From the human T2T-CHM13v2.0 reference genome, Homo sapiens, in assembly GCF_009914755.1 (NCBI RefSeq), contig NC_060930.1: a DNA stretch of 64,000 bases, one strand, 5' to 3'. The first letter of the stretch is position 1; every line of letters begins with the position of its first letter. The notes beneath the pieces are model-generated. The model saw only the letters and a program-made list of their open reading frames with translations, was not told where the DNA came from and did not search any database. A program made the position numbers and the translations under genes. Shown piece by piece: positions 57,319 to 64,000 of the stretch.

Positions 57319-59303
57319 ATGAGAAAACTCATCGTGGGGCTCATTTTCCTTAAAATTTGGACTTGTACACTAAGGACTTCAACTGACCTTCCTCAGACTG
57401 AGGACTGTTCCCAGTGTGTACATCAAGCCACTGAGGTAGGACAAAAAGTTGCTACAGTCCTCTTATTTTATGGTTATTATAAGTGTACCAGGAGTCTAAA
57501 AAGAACTCATTTGTATAATGCTATTCTATACAAGGTATGTAGCCCAGGAAATGACCAACCTGATGTGTGTTATGACCCATCTGAGCCTCCCATGACCACA
57601 GTTTTTGAAACAAGATTAAGGACTGAGGACTGGTGGGGGCTCATAAATGATACGAGTAAAGTGTTAGCCAAAACAGAAGAAAAAGGGGTGCCCAGACAAG
57701 TCACCTTGAAATTTGATGCCTATACTGTCATTAATAATAATAAGTTAGGAATAGGATGTGGTTCTCTTAATAAGGAAAGAGGCTATATGGCAGAAAATAA
57801 GTACATTTGTCCTGAATTAGGACTGTGTGAAAATGAATGTGTACTGGTCTTGTGTCATTTAGGCTACTTGGATAAAAAATGAAAAGGATCCTGTTCACCT
57901 TCAAAAAGGGAAAAGTGGCCCTTCCTGTATCAGTGGTCAGTGTAACCCCTGAGAACTAGTAATAACCAACCCCCTTGATCCTCGCTAGAAAAAAGGGGAG
58001 CGTGTAACCCTAGGAATCGATGGGGCTGGACTGGATCCTCGAGTAAATATCATGGTTTGAGGAGAAGTTTATAAATGCGCTCCTGAACCGGTATTTCAAA
58101 CCTTCTATGATGAACTGAATGTGCCAGTACCAGAAATTCCAGGAAAAACAAGAAATTTGTTTTTGCAATTAGCCAAGCATGTAGCCCAGTCTCTCAATGT
58201 CACTTCATGTTATGTATGTGGAGGAACTGTAATGGGAGATCAAAGACCATGGGAAGCCCAAGAAGTATTACCTACAGACCCAGTTCCTGATGAATTCCCG
58301 GCTCAAAAAGCCTAAATCATAGACAATACCGTATAGCATGAGTGGGGAAGGACTTCACCCTTCCTGTAGGAAGACTCAGCTGCCTTGGGCAAAAACCGTA
58401 TAATAGCACTACAAAAACAGCCACCTGGTGGAGTTCAAACCACACTGAGAAAAATCCTTTAGTAAATTTCCAAAGTTGCAAACAATGTGGACCCACCTGG
58501 AGTCCCATCGGGACTAGACAGCCTCCACTGGATTATACCGGATATGTGGGCATAGAGCCTATGCCAAGTTACTTGACCAATAGGCAGGTAGTTGTATTAT
58601 TGGCACCATTAAACCATCCTTTTTTCTACTGCCCATAAAAACAGGTGAGCTCCTAGGCTTCCCTGTCTATGCTTCCTGAGAAAAGAGAAGCATAGTTATA
58701 GGTGACTGGAAAGATGACGAGTGGCCCCCTGAAAGAATCATATAGTACTATGGGTCTGCCACTTGAGCACAAGATGGTTCATAAGGATACTGAACCCCCA
58801 TTTATATGCTCAACCGAATCATACAGTTACAAGCTGTCTTAGAAATAATCACTAATAAAACTGGCAGAGCTTTAACTGTTTTAGCCTGGCAAGAAACTCA
58901 GATGAGAAATGCTATCTATAAAAATAGACTAGCCCTAGACTACTTGCTAACAGCTGAAAGAGAGGTCTATGGAAAGTTTAACCTGACCAATTGCTGTCTG
59001 CACATAGATGACCAAGGGCAAGTAGTTAAAGATGTAGTTAAACATATAACAAAGCTGGCACATGTGCCCATGCAGGAGTGGCATAGGTTTAATCCTAGGT
59101 CCATGTTTGGAAAATGGTTTCCAGCAGTAGGAGGATTTAAAACTCCTATAATAAAAATTATAATAGTAATAGGAACCTGCTTGTTGCTTCCCTGTGTGCT
59201 GCGTTTACTCCTTCAAGTAATAAAAAGTTTTGTTACTACCTTAGTCCATCAAAATACTTCAGCACAAGTGTACTACATGAATCACTATCGATCTGTCTTG
59301 TAA
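57319..59303 (+). pseudogene. HERV-E-like env remnant (SU plus TM)
   Basis: Signal-like MRKLIVGLIFLKIWTC. Furin site reads *EKR (TGA at 58677). ISD-like [18 protein letters not shown] and a TM helix [15 protein letters not shown]; multiple stops and frameshifts. Confidence 0.88.
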
Positions 59304-59359
59304 GAAGACATGGGTAGTGAGGATGAAAGTGAGAACTCCCACTAATGAGTGAGGTTTTC

Positions 59360-59372
59360 AAAGGTGGGGGAA
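59360..59372 (+). promoter_or_regulatory. Polypurine tract
   Basis: aaaggtgggggaa immediately before the 3' LTR. Confidence 0.85.
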
Positions 59373-59828
59373 TAATGGAGACTACACCTCATATTGTCTT
59401 ATGCCCAATTTCTGCCTCCAAAGAAAGAAGAAGTAAAAACTAAAAGGCAGAAATGAAATCCACAGGCTGACAGCCCGGCGCCACACCCTGGGCCTGGTTA
59501 AAAATTGACCCCTGACCTAACCGGTTATGTTATCTATAGATTCTAGACATTGTATGGAAAAGCATTGTAGAAATCCCGTCTTGTTCTGTTCTGTTCTGAT
59601 TACCAGTGCATGCAGCCCCCAGTCACATACCCTCTGCTTGCTCAATTGATCACAACCCTTTCATGTGGACCCCCTTAGAGTTGTAAGCCCTTAAAAGGGA
59701 CAGGAATTGCTCACTCAGGCAGCTCAGTTTTTGGAGATGTGAGTCTTGCCAAAGCTCCTGGCTGAATAAAGCCCTTCCTTCTTTAACTCGGTGTTTGAGG
59801 GGTTTTGTCTGCAGCTTGCCCTGCTACA
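59373..59828 (+). promoter_or_regulatory. 3' LTR (LTR2)
   Basis: Direct repeat of 46443-46902; by hand count ~40 substitutions plus 2 small gaps, many at CpG. Confidence 0.93.
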
Positions 59829-59832
59829 TTAT

Positions 59833-60110
59833 GATCAAGAGTAACAGCTTGCTTATCACAACTTGCTCAAGCCTTTGTCCATGCAGTGCACACTGATCCA
59901 AGCCATTATGTCATGAACTCTGCCCAACCCCAACTAGTTTCCTAGTTTTTAAGACTTGAAAACCCTGTGAATATCCTCCCTCGACTTCCTACTTCTGAAA
60001 CTTACTAAGACTGCCCAGGTAGTGGCATCTCTTACTATGTACAATACATCTAACAGCCTTAACTTTGCTTGATCAATGGATTTTTCTGGTGGTCTTCTGG
60101 GCAGTTGACA
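59833..60110 (+). mobile_element. 3' part of an older LTR (MER90/MER110-like), split by the provirus
   Basis: LTR-like end ttaactttgcttgatcaatgg...tggtggtcttctgggcagttgaca; possible 5' part at ~46274-46438 (tgagaattcaaacc..). Confidence 0.45.
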
Positions 60111-60539
60111 TGTTAAAAGTGAGATGTTTTTCTTATGTATGAAGAGCAACATTATGTATGTCATATCAAATTACCTTTGCATCTTGAATATTGGCTTAAA
60201 TGTTAAAATTTCTCTGGATCCTTTCAAGAATCTTGGGTCTAGTAGACCTTGCATTATCCTTTACCCTTGGAAATTAAAGAAACCCACAGAAGTCTTATTT
60301 TCCATATGAGTCCTGTGGTAACCCTTTTCCTTCCTCCCTTTTCCCCTCCTCCATTCAGAAGGCAGAAGAAGATGAACAGAAGATTGATGAGAGTTTGAAG
60401 CCATGTTCACTCATGGATGGATGGATGGTTAAAGTAATTGTAACTATTAAATTCATTCAAAACCAAACAAACACTATTGTGTGTGTACAGCTCTTATTTT
60501 CCTGGGAGAGGGAGGCTAAAGAGACAATCCCAAAATGTT

Positions 60540-60979
60540 AAGCCATGAAAAACACAAGTGTGAACTGTGCAGGCCCATTTATACTTGGGTTTTCTTCTGC
60601 CTCTGCCACCCCTGAGATAGGAAGGCCAACCCCTCCTCTTCCTCCTCCTCAGCCTACTCAGTGTGAAGATAACAAAGATGAAGACCTTTATGATGATCCA
60701 CTTCCACTTAGTGAATAGAAATATATTTTCTCTTCCTTTTAATTTTCTTAATAACATTTTCTTTTTTCTAGCTTACTTTATTGTAATAATACAGTATATA
60801 ATATATATATACAGCATAGAAAATATGTGTTAATTGACTGTTACGTTGTTGGTAACGCTTCTGGTCTACAGCAGGCTATAAGTAGTTAAGTTTTGGAGAG
60901 AGTCAAAAGTTATATACAAATTTTTGACTGCATGTGGGGGCCGGCACCCCTAACCCCCATGTTGTTCAAGAGTCAACTG
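60540..60979. mobile_element. Tigger2a (MER28)-like element
   Basis: ttttcttctgcctctgccacccctgaga...gaagacctttatgatgatccacttccactt...gttgttcaagagtcaactg. Confidence 0.85.
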
Positions 60980-61746
60980 TGTAAATAATTATAAATAGAG
61001 ATACATGAACTAAGGGAGTCAAACAGGGCACAGTAATTTAGGATTATGGAGTTGGTGGGTTGGAAGGATGGGGAGACCTCTTAGAGAGAATGGGCAGTGA
61101 AGGCCTCCATGGGAGGTACTGAAGCTAAGACCCGAGAGAGAAGCAAGGCTGGATTAGGGTGAGGCAGGTGGGGCCTATGACACAGCATTGAAGGAAGCCC
61201 TCAGTCTCAGGGTCACACGAGGCAAGATCCACACTTTCCTAAGGCTCTCTTTCCTCATGTTAGTTTTTATTGCACCCTGGAGAGGAGAAATAGCCAGTCG
61301 CACAAAGAATGTGGGGTGTGTGTGTGGAAGAAAGCAGTAAGGTGAGGGGCTGGGGAGAACGAGATATGCACAGTGATCCCAGGCAGAATAAACAGGCTAT
61401 ACACGGGCCCTGAGGTAGAAAGGCATTTGGTAAGTTTCAGGAGCTGATTGGAAGCCCTTATACTTGGTTGAGCATGGACAGAGGTAGAAAAGGCCCAGGA
61501 GGAGGGTGAAGAGGCAGGCAGGTCTTGCGTCAGGCGGGCCTTGCAGGCCACATGAGGCACACAGATCTTATCCTAAGTGTAATGAGAATAGTTTTTAATC
61601 TGGGACGCCATGTGACTGAATATATATTTACAAGATTTCTGAAAAACAGATTGAAAGGGGGTAAGGGTGAAAGCAGAGAGAACAATTAGAAAGTGTTTGT
61701 GTTAGTACAGGCCAGAGAGGAAGATGGTTGGGACTGGATGGAGATG

Positions 61747-62089
61747 TAGTTATGTGTCACTTAACAATGAGGATACTTTCTGAGAAATGTGTCATTGGAG
61801 ATTTTGTCATCATGCAAACATCACAGAGTACACTTACACAAACCTGGATGGTATAGCCTACTACACACTCAGGTTGTATGATATAGCCTATGCTCCTAGG
61901 CTACAAACCTGTACGACATGTTACTGTACTGAATACTGTAGGCAACTGTAACACAATGATAACCATTTGTATATCTAAACAAATCCAAACATAGAAAACG
62001 TACAGTAAAAATAAGGTGTTATAATCTTATGGGACCACCAGTATATATGTAGTCCATTGACTGAAACATCGTTTTGTGGCTCATGACTG
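61747..62089. mobile_element. Tigger3a (MER7)-like element nested in L2
   Basis: tagttatgtgtcacttaacaatgaggatac...cctaggctacaaacctgtac...gctcatgactg|ta. Confidence 0.85.
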
Positions 62090-62379
62090 TATAAAGAAAT
62101 GGACAGATGTGAGATATATTTTGAGGTAGAAACCACAGGACTTGCTGACGTGTGAATGTGGAGTTTAGAAGAGAAGTGTGGCCTGGACATCCAAGCTGTG
62201 GAAGTGGGTGAGCTCCTCTAGGGAAAGGGAGAGAGGAGAGAAGGGAGGAATGGGGTATGGAGGGGAGGAGGGATGAGGAGAAGGTCTAGGAAGCTCCAAC
62301 ACTTAGAATTCTGGTAGAGAAGAGATCATACAGGAAATAGTAAAATGAGGTACATACAAATTTAAGAAGAGTGGTGTTT

Positions 62380-62795
62380 CCTCAACCCAAATGTCTGTTG
62401 ACAGATAAGTAGATAAGGAAAGGGTGACAGATATATAAATGGAATGTTATTCAGCCATAAAAAGAAGGGAACCCTGTCATATGTCACAATATGAATTAGT
62501 ATTGAGGACATTATGCTAAGTGAAATGAGCCAGTCACAAAAGGATAACTACTGTATGATTCCACAAATATGAGTTATTTAAAGTAGTCAAATTCACAGAA
62601 ACAGAAAGTAGAAAGGTGGTTGCCAGAGGTTGGGAGGAGGAGGAAGTGGGGAGTTGTTCAGTATTGCCTGAAAAAGTTCTAGAGACCTGTTACAAAACAA
62701 TGTGAATATACTTAATGCTACTGAACTGTACACTTAATTAACAGGGTAAATTTTGCATTATTTTTAAACCACAATTTAAAAAATAAAAATTAAAG
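62380..62795 (+). mobile_element. L1MA/L1MB-like 3' fragment
   Basis: gaggacattatgctaagtgaaatgagccagtcacaaaagga...ctactgaactgtacactta. Confidence 0.8.
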
Positions 62796-63537
62796 AAGGA
62801 AATATTTCAAAAAAGAGAGAAATGGTTAACTGAATTGAGTGCTGCCGAGATGTCAAGCAAAATGAGGGCAGAGTTAATTATAGAACTGTTAAGATGGAGA
62901 ACATTGGTGACCTTTATACAATTGGTTTCAATGGCATGAAGAGCATGAGAACAGCAAGGATAGAAGTGGAGACAGCTTGTGCGGACAGTTTTCAGAAGGT
63001 TTAGCCAGGAAGAGAGACTTGAGGCAGACTCAGTGAGAGGACAAAAAAACGAAGGAGACTTTTGTTTTGCTTTGTTTTGTCTGAGGAAGGAAGATACTTG
63101 AGCATATTTAAACATCAATAGCATTATCCATAGTAGAGGGAGAGATTGATGGTGCAGGAAACAGGAAGAAAATCTAAAGAAATGCAGCCCTTAAGAATGT
63201 CTGAGGAGATAGGGACAGAGCTCCTCTGAAGGGACTAATTTTGACAGGACGACAGAGACTCCCTCTCACATGACAGGAAAGAAGGAGGAGAAGGCTGGAG
63301 CACATGCAGATGGAACGTGGGTTTAGGGGCGAGAAGAAGGTAAAATCCTCATCTGGTGGCTTTGATTTTCTCTGTAAAATATTAGGTGAGGCTGGGGAAG
63401 AGTTGCATCAACCGTTTGAGGAGAGCCAATGAATGTAATTAGTCATCCAGGATCATGGAAAAACGAGCCGGCCAGTGAATCATATCAGGGTTGACCAGCT
63501 GTGTGGAATTTTGTATTTATTATTTTAAAGTGAAACT

Positions 63538-64000
63538 ACCATGTTATATTTTATCAATTCTAAGATGCACATGTTTCAACCTCAGAATTTGGGATGCATT
63601 CTAGCACTGTTCCATAGTTTCCTAGTATTGTTGGTTTCCTCGCATTGTTTCATAGTTTAATTGCCACCGTTGTTTTCTTTATGGTTCATAAAACAATGGG
63701 AATATCATAATCAATGGCACCTTACGGTGAATGAGGCATGGTAGATGGCTTTGTTCTGTAATTTTATACCTGCCAAATTCAACTGCTTGTGTACGGACAT
63801 GGAGAGGGCATTTGTTTCAGGTTTGGGTTTTAAAGATGAATAAACTTGAGAGAGGACTGTAAAGTTGACAATAGCTGTCAATAACAAACAGGCATATTTT
63901 GGCCTACTTAGGGAAAAATACAATTGCAATGTGACTAGAAAAATTGCCTCCTGTGGAGATCAGCTATTCATTACTGGAAGAGTTTAATCTGCAATTTTGG
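63538..64000 (+). mobile_element. Possible TcMar (Kanga/MER104-like) DNA transposon remnant
   Basis: tattttatcaattctaagatgcacat...gggatgcatt resembles MER104/Kanga termini; recognition only. Confidence 0.4.

Larger units (their letters stand above)
61000..63400 (+). mobile_element. Fragmented L2 with nested insertions
   Basis: gtacaggccagagaggaagatggt; gagatatattttgaggtagaaaccacaggacttgctga; ttggtgacctt..gtttcaatggcatg. Confidence 0.65.

Noticed and set aside
58806-59303. 165-aa Env TM ORF as a syncytin-like gene
   Set aside because: No signal peptide, the upstream furin site is destroyed by TGA, the first Cys of CX6CC is lost, and SU is broken.

Overview
Human-like (primate) genomic DNA. 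The first ~39 kb hold the 3' half of CD2AP on the + strand: seven coding exons (numbered 12-18 from memory) covering the proline-rich region, the capping-protein-interaction motif and the C-terminal coiled coil. The stop is at 35918-35920, followed by a ~3 kb 3'UTR. One intron carries a decayed DNAJC17 retrocopy fused to an L1PB 3' end. Downstream of the gene is a 13.4 kb LTR2/Harlequin-type (HERV-E-related mosaic) provirus with both LTRs, a tRNA-Glu PBS, a PPT and a 4-bp TSD. It appears to sit in an older LTR and contains an antisense L1PA whose 5'UTR intron was spliced out before integration (a SpIRE). The remainder is Alu, L1, L2, MIR, MaLR and DNA-transposon debris. I see no convincing wholly new biological system. 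The best leads are the spliced L1, the promoter-carrying DNAJC17/L1 composite, a possible secreted truncated Env, candidate cryptic CD2AP exons and a speculative Ig-like receptor relic. Repeat subfamily names come from recognition, not alignment, and repeat boundaries are approximate.
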